A program made the position numbers and the translations under genes. A stretch of DNA of 64,000 nt from an uncultured Gammaproteobacteria bacterium (GTDB lineage: Bacteria; Patescibacteriota; Microgenomatia; Levybacterales; UBA12049). The notes beneath the pieces were generated by a model. It ran no database searches. It was not told the DNA's origin and worked only from the letters and a program-made list of their open reading frames with translations. This document shows positions 1-9,996 of this stretch, one piece after another. The stretch is taken from positions 30,263-94,262 of the forward strand of contig CAZGGU010000002.1 in the NCBI GenBank assembly GCA_964525395.1, in the 5' to 3' direction. Position 1 is the first letter of the stretch. Each line of letters opens with the position of its first letter.

Positions 1-656
1 AGAAGCTTAGACGCGATGGCATTTTACCTGCAAACGTCTATGGAAAAGATATCAAGTCACAGTCGCTTCAGCTTCCCCAAGAAGAATTTAATAAAGTTTT
101 CGCAGAAGCAGGAGAAACTGGAGTAATTGATCTTACATACGATAAAACTACTATCCCTGTTTTAGTTCACAATATCCATAAAGACTGGAGAAATCAGGTA
201 ATTCATGCAGATTTCTTTAAGGTTAACCTTAAAGAAAAAGTTACAGCTATGATTCCTGTTGAAGTCATTGGTGAACCTAAGGCTGTTACTGAGCAAATTG
301 GTATTCTCATGAACATCACAAATGAAGTTGAAGTTGAAGCACTACCTACTGAACTGCCTGAAAAGATTGAAGTAAATGTAGAAAATATGGCTACAATTGA
401 CGATCAAATCGCAGTTTCTGACTTAAAAGCGCCTGAGGAAGTTGAAATTCTCACAGATCCAAATCTAGTTGTAGTTAAAATTGGAGAATTAGTTACTAAA
501 GAAGCGCTCGAGGAAGCAGCTGCTGAAGAAGCTGCGGCCGAGGCTGCAGCAACAGAAGGCTCTGAAGGCGAAGGCGGAGAAACTCCAGCTGAAGGCGAAG
601 CAACTGAAGGACAAAGTGAAGGCGGATCAGAAGAAAAACCAGCTGAAGAAGCTTAA
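1..656 (+). CDS. rplY: 50S ribosomal protein L25/Ctc (5'-truncated by window edge)
   Basis: Frame open from nt 3: KLRRDGILPANVYGKD...HADFFKV, followed by the Ctc C-terminal domain and an acidic tail. Confidence 0.93.
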   Translation, partial: KLRRDGILPANVYGKDIKSQSLQLPQEEFNKVFAEAGETGVIDLTYDKTTIPVLVHNIHKDWRNQVIHADFFKVNLKEKVTAMIPVEVIGEPKAVTEQIGILMNITNEVEVEALPTELPEKIEVNVENMATIDDQIAVSDLKAPEEVEILTDPNLVVVKIGELVTKEALEEAAAEEAAAEAAATEGSEGEGGETPAEGEATEGQSEGGSEEKPAEEA

Positions 657-1075
657 TTACCTAAAAATTCCTCAAAGTCTTTCCCCTCTTTAAAATTCGG
701 GTCTAAACTCAAAGATTTATCCAGATTTTCTTGCGCCTCATCAAAGTTTTTTATCTTGTAATTAATAAGTGCGAGACTAAAATATGCATCTCTATAGTCT
801 GGTCGCTCTTTGATTTGATATTCCCAAAAAGCTTTATCAGAAAGAGTTTTTATCTTCTCAGCTGTTAAGCGCTTTTCCTCATTAAAATTACGATATAAAT
901 CTACACTAACGACCAAAATCGCGGCCAAAATGCAGAATATACCTGTAAAACAGATCAGCTCGTCACGATCAATATTTTCGGGAATAAATCGGGAATTACT
1001 CGGTAATTGTTTTAATTTCTGAGGCTTAGCTTTTTTATAGACTTTTTTAGTTTTAGAAGTATTTTTAAATTTCAT
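653..1075 (-). CDS. Membrane-anchored TPR protein
   Basis: One TM helix, then TPR motif PDYRDAYFSLA...ENLDKSLSLDPN. Confidence 0.75.
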   Translation of the reverse strand: MKFKNTSKTKKVYKKAKPQKLKQLPSNSRFIPENIDRDELICFTGIFCILAAILVVSVDLYRNFNEEKRLTAEKIKTLSDKAFWEYQIKERPDYRDAYFSLALINYKIKNFDEAQENLDKSLSLDPNFKEGKDFEEFLGN

Positions 1076-1095
1076 TACTTAGCTTCATTGACTCC

Positions 1096-3207
1096 CTACC
1101 TCACGGTCGGCCATTTTTCCGTAATTAATAACCGAGTATTTCCCGATAATTTACCGAATATTTCCTCTGTTATAAAAGGCATGAAAGGATGAAGGAGCTT
1201 TAATTGAATTATGAATAATGAATTAAGAATCAAGAATGAGTCAGAATCTATTCTCGATTTAACATTCTCAACATATCTATCTGCAAACTCGTGCCAAGTA
1301 AATTCATATATTCTCTCGGCAGCCAAGTTCAGTTCATATTTGACTATATGCTTATCTACTTTTCCAATTAAATCACCTAGACTTTTAACAAATTCTTTAT
1401 CAACTTCATTCTTTGCGAGATCTGAGAGATTTTCCAAATCAATATGCTTTAATTCAAACTCGCCCTTATTCATCTCAATAAACCTTCCAATATTCCAAAG
1501 CTTATTTGTAAAGTTCCTCTGCCCTCTTATCTTGTCTTCTGCTAGAGATAAATCATTTCCTGCAGCTGATCCGAAGATTAACGCCATGCGTACGGCATCT
1601 GCAGAATATTTTCCTACCATCTCAAGAGGATTAACCACATTTCCTTTACTCTTACTCATCTTCTGACCCTTACCGTCCCGAACAAGACCATGGAAATATA
1701 CTGTTTCGAATGGAATCTCATCAGTTGCATATAAACCAAGCATGATCATACGACAAACCCACCATGGTAAAATATCATATGCCGTTTCCATCACAGATGT
1801 TGGATAAAACTTTTCAAAATCTCCAGGTTGAGTAGACTTGAGCGTCGCAAATGGCCATTGACCTGAAGAAAACCATGTATCAAAGGTGTCAATATCTTGA
1901 GTTAGTTTTACCGATTTACACTTAGCGCATGATTTTGGCGCATCCCCTTCTGTAACCATCCACTCCCCACAATCATCACATTTCCAAGCAGGAATTCTCA
2001 TTCCCCAAACTATTTGACGGGAGATATTCCAATCATGAAATCCTTCCAGCCACTGCTCCATTACCTTTTTAAATCGAGGAGGAACTATTTGAATCTCTTT
2101 CTTTAGAGACTTAATAGCCCTATCAGCAAGTGGCCTAACCTTAATAAACCATTGCTCCATAGGCAATGGTTCAAGCACTCTTCCACATTTATAACAGGTG
2201 GCGACGTTATGAACATATTTTTCATCAATGTGATCCATTAGATTTTTTTCAACTAAATCTGCCACAACTTTTTCTCTCGCATCCTTAATTTTAAGTCCAG
2301 CATATTTTCCTGCAGCATCTGTTAACTTACCATCAAAACCGATTACTTGCTTCATGGGCAAATCGTGCCTTTTACCTATTTCAAAGTCTGTAAAATCATG
2401 AGCAGGAGTGATTTTTACAACTCCAGTACCAAACTCAGGGTCCACCGCCTCATCCCCAACCACTTGCAATTTAACTGGACCAATAAGAGAGTCTATTTCA
2501 ATTTCTTGTCCAATATATTTCTTATATCTTTTATCATTTGGGTGAACTGCCACTGCAGTATCTCCAAATTTGGTTTCTGGACGAACTGTTGCCAAAACAA
2601 AGGGACCATACTTCATATAATACAGTGGGTCGTTTTGCTCTACATATTTCACTTCGAGATCAGAAAAGCCAGTTCCATCCTTAGTGCAGTAATTAACAAG
2701 CTTTAAATCTCTGTACACCAAACCTTCATCAAAAAGTTTTTTAAATGTTCCATATACTACTTTTACTATTTGGGGGTCAAGCGTAAACTTTAACCTACTC
2801 CAGTCAAGAGAAAATCCAAGAGCCTTTAATTGCGCTTCCATAGTTCCGCGATTATTTTGCACAAAGTCCCAAATCATTTTGTAAAGAGTTTCGCGGTCAA
2901 AATCAAACCTAGATTTACCTTCTTTTTGAAGATGCTTCTCAAATACGAACTGTGTCTCAAAGCCTGCATGATCTGCTCCAGGAAGCCACAATGCTGCATC
3001 TCCGAGCATTCTGTGATATCGAGTTAAGATATCCTCCACAACATACATGGCGTGCCCAAAGTGAAGAGGTGCATTAGCATTAGGCGGTGGCAGAATAATA
3101 GTGAAGGGCTTACCGTTAGGATTTACCTCAGGCGCAAAAGAGTTTGACTCTTCCCATTTTTTATAAATATGTGGCTCGACTTCTTGATGATTATAGACTT
3201 TATCCAT
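1096..3207 (-). CDS. valS: Valine--tRNA ligase (short form, no C-terminal coiled coil)
   Basis: PPPNAN..LHFGHA (HIGH), DWNISRQIVWG, DTFDTWFSS and KMSKS motifs. Confidence 0.97.
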   Translation of the reverse strand: MDKVYNHQEVEPHIYKKWEESNSFAPEVNPNGKPFTIILPPPNANAPLHFGHAMYVVEDILTRYHRMLGDAALWLPGADHAGFETQFVFEKHLQKEGKSRFDFDRETLYKMIWDFVQNNRGTMEAQLKALGFSLDWSRLKFTLDPQIVKVVYGTFKKLFDEGLVYRDLKLVNYCTKDGTGFSDLEVKYVEQNDPLYYMKYGPFVLATVRPETKFGDTAVAVHPNDKRYKKYIGQEIEIDSLIGPVKLQVVGDEAVDPEFGTGVVKITPAHDFTDFEIGKRHDLPMKQVIGFDGKLTDAAGKYAGLKIKDAREKVVADLVEKNLMDHIDEKYVHNVATCYKCGRVLEPLPMEQWFIKVRPLADRAIKSLKKEIQIVPPRFKKVMEQWLEGFHDWNISRQIVWGMRIPAWKCDDCGEWMVTEGDAPKSCAKCKSVKLTQDIDTFDTWFSSGQWPFATLKSTQPGDFEKFYPTSVMETAYDILPWWVCRMIMLGLYATDEIPFETVYFHGLVRDGKGQKMSKSKGNVVNPLEMVGKYSADAVRMALIFGSAAGNDLSLAEDKIRGQRNFTNKLWNIGRFIEMNKGEFELKHIDLENLSDLAKNEVDKEFVKSLGDLIGKVDKHIVKYELNLAAERIYEFTWHEFADRYVENVKSRIDSDSFLILNSLFIIQLKLLHPFMPFITEEIFGKLSGNTRLLITEKWPTVR

Positions 3208-4160
3208 TACTTTTTCTTTACAGCTAGTGAGACGTCCTCCTGCATCTTTTTTAGATCAACGTGGGACTTCCAGAAAAAGTAACCTACTACAGCGAACGTA
3301 ATAATTGGTGAAACATAGCTAGGAATTTCTACATGGAATCCATGAAGAATCATGATCAGACCCAAGAAGAAAATAGAATACATTGCTCCATTTTTAAGAA
3401 ATTTATACTTAACTATTCGATCAATATTGCTGATCGTTAGCTTTCTAAGTATTAATGCACCAAGTCCATTACCTATTAAAATCAAAGGCACAGAAAATGT
3501 AAACGCAAAGGCTCCTATCACACCATCGATAGAAAAAGTTGTATCTAATACCTCAAGATATGCAATTTTTGAAACATCAGACATATTATTTTTCTTATCA
3601 AGAAGCTTTGCCTCCTGCTGCTCAGCATACTGTCTAAAGCCATGAATAATAAAAAATGCGGTAGAACCAACCACTGCTGCAAAAGCAAGCATGTTATCAA
3701 TTCTCATAGCAAACCAAACGATAAAGAGCAGTATCATAGATACCACAGCGAAAAACCAAGCGCCTTGGCTTTGAAAAAATTTCTCTCCTCGCAAGCCAAA
3801 ATTTTTCGGCTCAAGAAACAACCAATTAAAGAATAAGAAGACCAAAAAAACTCCTCCACCAAGAAGCAATAGTGGGGCTGCATGCTGGATAGCGTCCTTT
3901 ACAACCTCGGAACTACCAAAGGAAACTCCTAATACTTCAATGGGACCAAGACTTGGAGTAGCAGCCCAAATAATCAGAAAAGGCAAAAGCCCACGAACCA
4001 CAAATACTGCAAAGAAAAATCCGTAAGTTAAAAACCATCTTCTGGCTTTCTTGCCCATCCCTGCTAGCACCTCTGCATTAATCACGGCATTATCAATTGA
4101 GGTGATAATTTCAAAAATTGTGAGACCTAAAACGGTTAATATGATTGCTAAATATTCCAT
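3207..4160 (-). CDS. TerC-like/DUF475 integral membrane protein
   Basis: SIDNAVINA and YLEVLDTTFSIDGVIGAFA motifs, multiple TMs; ATG at 4160 preferred. Confidence 0.85.
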   Translation of the reverse strand: MEYLAIILTVLGLTIFEIITSIDNAVINAEVLAGMGKKARRWFLTYGFFFAVFVVRGLLPFLIIWAATPSLGPIEVLGVSFGSSEVVKDAIQHAAPLLLLGGGVFLVFLFFNWLFLEPKNFGLRGEKFFQSQGAWFFAVVSMILLFIVWFAMRIDNMLAFAAVVGSTAFFIIHGFRQYAEQQEAKLLDKKNNMSDVSKIAYLEVLDTTFSIDGVIGAFAFTFSVPLILIGNGLGALILRKLTISNIDRIVKYKFLKNGAMYSIFFLGLIMILHGFHVEIPSYVSPIITFAVVGYFFWKSHVDLKKMQEDVSLAVKKK

Positions 4161-4199
4161 AATCAAGCTTGATTTTAGCAGATTTGAGGCAAAAATGCT

Positions 4200-6779
4200 C
4201 TACTTCTGGCTAATAATATATTTTAACTCAATATCAGATTTAATCTGACCCGCATAAGCACCTTTTCCGACAATCTGGTAACCATCAGGTAAAGAAAAGT
4301 TCAAATTAAAAGGCAAGTATTCCGTTCCAGGCTGCTTAAAAAGCTTAAGAGAATATATTGCTGATTTATTTGTTGTGTTGAAAGAGTAAGGCAAGTCGTA
4401 ATTTATTAAAATGTTTTTGGAGCTAGATTTAGGAATATTAATAAACATTCCATAATAATTTTTACCAAGTACTTCTCCGGAATCAACTTCAAGTCCCACT
4501 GGTTTTTTAAAATTAATAGATTCATAAACCCTGAAATCTGTCTGCATTTGAGAGATTTCAAATTGCTTCTTGTCGATTAAGATTGAGGTTATCTGGCTTC
4601 CTGCCGGTAAAACTATCTTCATGTAATTAGAATAATTTAACTCAGATGATGAATTTTTATAACTAACTGAGACTGATGATTTAATCTTTCCAGAGGGATT
4701 AAAGCTTACCTTCTTAACAACACTTCTTGAAATGCTTGTGTTCACTTTATTCTTGCCCACATTAGTTTCAGAGATGGCTAAGTAGTCGTTTATTTGCTCC
4801 TCACCACGGTTGTCCCAAATAGCTGATGACCAACCGTTCGCTGTAAAAACATTCTGGAGACTGGGATTTTGCATTGCGAAAATAATATGTTTTTCCTTGA
4901 TAAGTCTCCCAATCTCTTCTGCGGTTTTTGTCATTGAGCGGTTTTCATTACTATCAATATTTGTTTTAATTCCATCAGCTACTTCTCCAAAATACCCTTC
5001 CCTATTTCCAGCTTCAAAATTTTCTGCACCGATTGTTTTAGAATCCACCATCACACCGCCACTAAGTTCTAACAAAGATTTTAAAAAATCACTATCCACT
5101 CCAATCACCCCATCTACCTCACTACCACTAGACTTTCCGTACATTCCCGAGGCGCTTATTGCGCTTTTTACAAAATCTGGGCTATTCAAACTGTCTTTGA
5201 TCAAGATATTCTTCTCTCCCATAAATCTTCTGTATTCAAAAGGTGGAAATGTATCTTGCTTAATTTTTTGATCAACTTCAGCTGGAGTTAAAACCTTAAA
5301 CTGCGTTATCTTTGCGTTTTTAACTTTTAAATCTACGAAAGAATTTATCTCTCCTCCACCTGGTCTAGCACTAGCATTATCAAACAAAATAACTAAATAG
5401 TTTTTTTCACCGTCAAATCCTAAAATCTCAGGTAAAATATCTGAAGAGTTAATAAAAAGATCAGTAAAAGGCTCAAGATTTTCCAACTTATCTCTATATT
5501 CTTTTGGCAAGTTTCCTTCAGCGTTTAATTTAGATGTCGTAGCCAGTGCAGATTTAAAATTATTGGAAGCAATTTGAAAATCTTCCTTAGGATTCGCACT
5601 TGACCCTTTATAAACTTTTTGGAGCGTCTCAAATCCTTCAAGCATACTAATGGTGGCGTCCGCTAGATCCTGTCCATTCCCAACGGAATCATGAATTTTT
5701 TCTGCTTCTCTTTTAAGACCAATGACTTCAGCTTCAGCGATTAATGGCTCTGACGTTTTTTCAGCAAAAGAAAAAAACGTCTTTGAATTATTCGCTTGCT
5801 TTATAGCTTTTTCAAAATCTCCTTTACCCGAGGACTTTACGGCGCTTCTAATCTCCCACTCCCCTAGTTTGGTGTACGCAACAGTGGAGAAAAATGGAAG
5901 AAGGGCTAGAAAAAGACATGCCAAAAGAAAAAATAAAACAGGCCTAAATATTCTATTCTTCACCCTTCTGTCTTTATTAATAACCTTCACTTCCCTATCT
6001 TCTTTTTCTTGTAGATCTAATTCTTTTATCTTCTTTTCCAAGTCATATTTTGAAATCGCATGTACTGCATTTTTAGGATAATAAATCCTTCTCTCCTTCT
6101 TTTCTTTTCCAAAATCGATTTTTAGATCTGGGTCAACTTTTTGAAAGACATTAGCTAGAGAAATATCAGTGATGGGATGTGGGTAAAAAAGTAAGATTAC
6201 TTTTTGGATAATATTTAATGTAGTCGCTTTGATGATTAACTTAATCGTATCCTCAAAGCTTACTGGAAAACTTAAAGACAAACCACTTCCTGGAACTTCG
6301 ATTTTTCCGAGCTTTCTTGCCTCTATTATATATCTTGAAACTGATGCATCTTTATCAAAAAATACTTTCTTATCAAAGATATCACCAAAGATTAATACCT
6401 TGGAATTGGCATATTCTGCAGCGATAGAATCGGCATGATCAATATCTGTATTGCGCAAACTCCCAATGAAAAACAAAGGAGCATCATGCTGCCTGGCCAG
6501 TTTTATAAATGAAAAGGCAGACTCCCTCGTTACGCTTCCCCCATCATCTATTAAAAATATCTTTTTATATTTGGCTTGTGGCACTAATGGAATCTTCTTT
6601 TTAAATTTAATTGGAATAATATTCTTTTCTTTTTTAATTTCAGCTGCAGAAAGAATAACGACTAAATAATCCTTGGCAAATTCTTTAGCAAGTGCCTCAC
6701 CTATTATCCCTACCTTATCGACAATGAGAATTACGTGATAGCTTGCCTGTGGTTCGGTGGTCAAAGTGGCAGATTTCAT
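4200..6779 (-). CDS. DUF4012-like membrane protein with degenerate N-terminal SDR/epimerase-like domain
   Basis: YLVILFDN..ARPGGG, DGVIGVD, ETNVGKNK, KQPGT motifs; central TM; ATG at 6779. Confidence 0.75.
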   Translation of the reverse strand: MKSATLTTEPQASYHVILIVDKVGIIGEALAKEFAKDYLVVILSAAEIKKEKNIIPIKFKKKIPLVPQAKYKKIFLIDDGGSVTRESAFSFIKLARQHDAPLFFIGSLRNTDIDHADSIAAEYANSKVLIFGDIFDKKVFFDKDASVSRYIIEARKLGKIEVPGSGLSLSFPVSFEDTIKLIIKATTLNIIQKVILLFYPHPITDISLANVFQKVDPDLKIDFGKEKKERRIYYPKNAVHAISKYDLEKKIKELDLQEKEDREVKVINKDRRVKNRIFRPVLFFLLACLFLALLPFFSTVAYTKLGEWEIRSAVKSSGKGDFEKAIKQANNSKTFFSFAEKTSEPLIAEAEVIGLKREAEKIHDSVGNGQDLADATISMLEGFETLQKVYKGSSANPKEDFQIASNNFKSALATTSKLNAEGNLPKEYRDKLENLEPFTDLFINSSDILPEILGFDGEKNYLVILFDNASARPGGGEINSFVDLKVKNAKITQFKVLTPAEVDQKIKQDTFPPFEYRRFMGEKNILIKDSLNSPDFVKSAISASGMYGKSSGSEVDGVIGVDSDFLKSLLELSGGVMVDSKTIGAENFEAGNREGYFGEVADGIKTNIDSNENRSMTKTAEEIGRLIKEKHIIFAMQNPSLQNVFTANGWSSAIWDNRGEEQINDYLAISETNVGKNKVNTSISRSVVKKVSFNPSGKIKSSVSVSYKNSSSELNYSNYMKIVLPAGSQITSILIDKKQFEISQMQTDFRVYESINFKKPVGLEVDSGEVLGKNYYGMFINIPKSSSKNILINYDLPYSFNTTNKSAIYSLKLFKQPGTEYLPFNLNFSLPDGYQIVGKGAYAGQIKSDIELKYIISQK

Positions 6780-6792
6780 GAGTATATTAATT

Positions 6793-7233
6793 TTATGCGG
6801 AAGGAAGCATGTTATCAAGTGCGAGGTTCACCATACGGTCAGCTTTGGTATTCTGCTCACGATAAACATGCTCATAAGAAATTGGGAGCCCAATTTCTAA
6901 TTCTTTTTGCTTGGCGTTAATTAAAAGTGCTTTTAATGAAGGACTTTTTACTTTATACATTCCAGTTATCTGCATAACTGCCAGCTTAGAATCCATAAAG
7001 AAATTAATTTTTTCTAGATTTGGCATCTCCCCCCTATTCTCTATTACCCAAGAGAGTGCTTCAATAATCGCTGAGTATTCAGCGAAGTTGTTGGTTTGAA
7101 TTCCTAGAACTTTTCCAATATCTTTTACAGTCTCCCCTGCGCTGTCTTCAATATGCACACCAAGAGCAGAAGGTCCCGGGTTTCCTCTAGAACCACCATC
7201 TGTAAAAATCTTAATTAGCTTCAAATCATGCAT
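6793..7233 (-). CDS. rnhA: Ribonuclease HI
   Basis: FTDGGSRGNPGP, TNNFAEY, DSKL, HVYREQNTKAD. Confidence 0.95.
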   Translation of the reverse strand: MHDLKLIKIFTDGGSRGNPGPSALGVHIEDSAGETVKDIGKVLGIQTNNFAEYSAIIEALSWVIENRGEMPNLEKINFFMDSKLAVMQITGMYKVKSPSLKALLINAKQKELEIGLPISYEHVYREQNTKADRMVNLALDNMLPSA

Positions 7234-7426
7234 GTTCGTTCTCCGTTTCTAGTAATATTCAATGGTTTAGCGATTTGAAGACAAATCGTTCGATAATTTT
7301 TTAAATTTGTCCTAGTTTAACAGTCAAATCGTTAGACTATATTTCTGAAAACGGCCTACAAAACCTATTCTAGCAGATAATTGGAGTTACTATTCGAGGA
7401 TTGTTCATGAAACGGAACACGAACAT
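7232..7426 (-). ncRNA. Putative 6S RNA-like long rod with central bubble
   Basis: 16/18 terminal inverted repeat (7232-7249 vs 7409-7426); nested pairings with G-U pairs favour the minus strand; side hairpin CGATTTG-TCTT-CAAATCG; about 195 nt. Confidence 0.55.
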
Positions 7427-7447
7427 AAACTCTGCTATAATCGCTTT

Positions 7448-7936
7448 ATGAATAATTTCGATAATGAATTTGAGGACGCAATTAGATTTTTAACAAATAA
7501 CATGCCGGCAGCGGAAGACTTAGAAAAGCCAACACTTTTTCATTCTTTAAGAGTCGGTGTTTATCTTTATACAAATAACTACAGCAGGGAAATATGCATT
7601 GCTGGTTTATTGCATGATTTAATTGAAGATTCTGAAGTAGATGAAAAAGAGATAGAAGAAGATTTCGGAAGAGAAGCTGCTCTACTTGTTCAGGCAAACT
7701 CCAAAAATAAAGAGCTAGAAAATGTATACGAAGATCTGATAAGTAGGTGCATTAAAACGGGGGAGAGTGCTTTAATTGTAAAAGCTGCAGACATATTGGA
7801 TAACTACAACTACTACATAAGAATTAATAACGCTGGAGGACTAGATTATGTAAAGATGATTTCATCCATATTGCTTAAAGAAAAACCTGATGAATTTAAA
7901 GACCCGATCTTTGAAGAATTAAAGTTAATAAAATAG
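7448..7936 (+). CDS. HD-domain hydrolase (SpoT/Mesh1-like small HD protein)
   Basis: H..RV...AGLLHDLIED...VKAADILDN. Confidence 0.85.
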   Translation: MNNFDNEFEDAIRFLTNNMPAAEDLEKPTLFHSLRVGVYLYTNNYSREICIAGLLHDLIEDSEVDEKEIEEDFGREAALLVQANSKNKELENVYEDLISRCIKTGESALIVKAADILDNYNYYIRINNAGGLDYVKMISSILLKEKPDEFKDPIFEELKLIK

Positions 7937-7943
7937 GGGATTA

Positions 7944-8393
7944 TTAGCGAGGCCTTACTACGAGGGTTCTTTCTTTTCCTTCTCCGACTGATTCTGAGAT
8001 TACTTGATCATCTTCTTGAAATCTTAAATGGACAATTCTTCTTTCCCAAGGCTTAAGGTTTGGGAGAAAAATTTCTCTATTTTCTGAAAGAGCTCTTTCT
8101 TTTGTTTGAGCTGCTAAATTATCTAGATAATCTGAGCGGTTCTTTTTATAATCTCCAACCTCTACTGAAACTCTTTTATATTCACCATTATTCTTAGCAA
8201 GCATTAGAGAAATAACTAGCTGAAGTGCATCTAGAGTATCTCCATGATGACCAATTATTAGTCCTGGATCTTCTGATGAAATTACCACATCAAGCATTTC
8301 TTCGTTTTCTGTTACTTCAAATGAATCGGTAATGCCGACTGCTTCAAAGAGGTCTTTTATTATCTGTTCGTTAGTTTTTTCGCCTTTAGCCAT
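7944..8393 (-). CDS. jag: Jag/KhpB (KH + R3H) RNA-binding protein, lacking Jag_N
   Basis: GLIIGHHGDTLDALQ (KH), ERRIVH (R3H), SVGEG.ER; position after yidC. Confidence 0.92.
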   Translation of the reverse strand: MAKGEKTNEQIIKDLFEAVGITDSFEVTENEEMLDVVISSEDPGLIIGHHGDTLDALQLVISLMLAKNNGEYKRVSVEVGDYKKNRSDYLDNLAAQTKERALSENREIFLPNLKPWERRIVHLRFQEDDQVISESVGEGKERTLVVRPR

Positions 8394-9211
8394 AAGTCTT
8401 CCATTCCTCCCCATCCGGAGATTTTATATTGCTGTATGATACCAAAAATCGAGAAAGTATTCCAGTAGAGAGATAAACCGAAAGGCAAAGTAAAGGAAAA
8501 GATGCCAATCATGACAGGGAAGATGTATGCTGACTGTTTTTGGAATACTGTAGCGAAATCATCCTGGCCTTTTTTATTGGCAGGGAGTTTAAGCTTAGGA
8601 TCTTCTGGTGGAGTAGAGAACATCATCTTAGACTGCACAAACTGGAAAAGACCTGTAATTAGTGGTATTGCAAGACCAATAATGATAAGCATTAACATTC
8701 CCTCTTTGCTACCTTCGGTAAAAAGCTGTTGTGGACTTTTACCCAAAGGGATACCAAAAAAATAAGGGTCCCATTTATCCTTTAATGCAAGCGGGGGAAT
8801 CACAATGCTATTTATATAAGAAACAACCTCATTTGGACTTTTATGCACAACTGAATTTAAAACATTGTATAAGCCAAAAATAATTGGGAGCTGAATAAGA
8901 GTAGGGAGACATCCTGCGAGGGGATTGATGCCATGCTCTTTATAAAGCTTTTGGGTTTCTTCTTGAATTCTTTTTGAGTCGCCTTTGTGCTTAGACTTAA
9001 TGTGTGAAATGTGGGGCGCAATCGCCTGCATTTTCTTCGATGTTTTCATTTGCGCATTGATAAAGGGGTAGAGGATTAAACGAATTATCATGGTTAAACC
9101 AATAATGGCAAATCCAAGCGCATAAGGAACATGAAGAGCAAATAGGACCTGATAAATAGCAACTAAAACATTAATGATGGGGTGAATTATTATAGTATTA
9201 AATATTTCCAT
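8360..9211 (-). CDS. yidC: Membrane protein insertase YidC
   Basis: LYKEHGINPLAGCLP.LIQLPI, GLSLYW; conserved synteny. Confidence 0.95.
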   Translation of the reverse strand: MEIFNTIIIHPIINVLVAIYQVLFALHVPYALGFAIIGLTMIIRLILYPFINAQMKTSKKMQAIAPHISHIKSKHKGDSKRIQEETQKLYKEHGINPLAGCLPTLIQLPIIFGLYNVLNSVVHKSPNEVVSYINSIVIPPLALKDKWDPYFFGIPLGKSPQQLFTEGSKEGMLMLIIIGLAIPLITGLFQFVQSKMMFSTPPEDPKLKLPANKKGQDDFATVFQKQSAYIFPVMIGIFSFTLPFGLSLYWNTFSIFGIIQQYKISGWGGMEDLWLKAKKLTNR

Positions 9212-9213
9212 TA

Positions 9214-9420
9214 TTATGAACTAAAGGGCTGGCATTTAAGAATTCTCGCGAATCCTAAGGCTGAACCCTGAATGACACCTTTCTCAAGAATCATTCTTTT
9301 AGTGTATCTTGAACAGGTCTCTTCAAATCTACATCCAAAACCTGGTCCAAGAATGTTTATTATAGCTGTTGAGATGAAAATTTGGTAGAAGGAAATAATT
9401 TTTACTGCAATATGTCTCAT
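9214..9420 (-). CDS. yidD: Membrane protein insertion efficiency factor YidD
   Basis: CRFEETCSRY...RILKCQP; lies between rnpA and yidC. Confidence 0.92.
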   Translation of the reverse strand: MRHIAVKIISFYQIFISTAIINILGPGFGCRFEETCSRYTKRMILEKGVIQGSALGFARILKCQPFSS

Positions 9421-9743
9421 TTTAGTAATTTTTCTTGTTTTAAAACTTCAATTAATATTTTTTCAGTATCCACTCGATCAACTTCTACTATTTCTTTTTT
9501 AAGATAAAACGCTAAATCAAAGCCTTTTTCAATATTCTCTAGCTTTTCCTCGATTATACTCCTAACTTTTCTTTTTGCGGAATTTCTAACCACAGCAGAT
9601 GAAGAAACTTTTTTTGAAACGATGAAACCAAATCTAGAGCATTCTGAATTATTTTGACTTATTTTCAGATTAAATAGGGGAGTAGCAATGTTTTTGGAAC
9701 CAGACAAACTAAAACTAGTCAGCCTGTTTTCTTTTTTGAGCAT
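9417..9743 (-). CDS. rnpA: Ribonuclease P protein component
   Basis: [30 protein letters not shown]. Confidence 0.93.
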   Translation of the reverse strand: MLKKENRLTSFSLSGSKNIATPLFNLKISQNNSECSRFGFIVSKKVSSSAVVRNSAKRKVRSIIEEKLENIEKGFDLAFYLKKEIVEVDRVDTEKILIEVLKQEKLLK

Positions 9744-9883
9744 TAAACAGTAAGCCTTGTTCTACCTGATTGCCTTCTTCTTTTAAGAACTTTTCTACCA
9801 CCATTGTCGCTCATTCTTGCCAGGAATCCGTGTTTTCTAGCTCTTTTAATTTTCTTGAGTTTTCTGAACTTCTCCATAGGCAT
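9743..9883 (-). CDS. rpmH: 50S ribosomal protein L34
   Basis: [12 protein letters not shown]...[13 protein letters not shown]; start 9883 (or 9877), atypical N-terminus. Confidence 0.92.
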   Translation of the reverse strand: MPMEKFRKLKKIKRARKHGFLARMSDNGGRKVLKRRRQSGRTRLTV

Positions 9884-9996
9884 AAAGTATATCAAATTAG
9901 CCTCTTTTTTAAAAGTGGTAAAAAAAGAGCTGGTTTTATCCACTTAAGCTTATTGACAGCAGGGCGCCCTGATTTGATAAACTGCAAAAACTAGCT

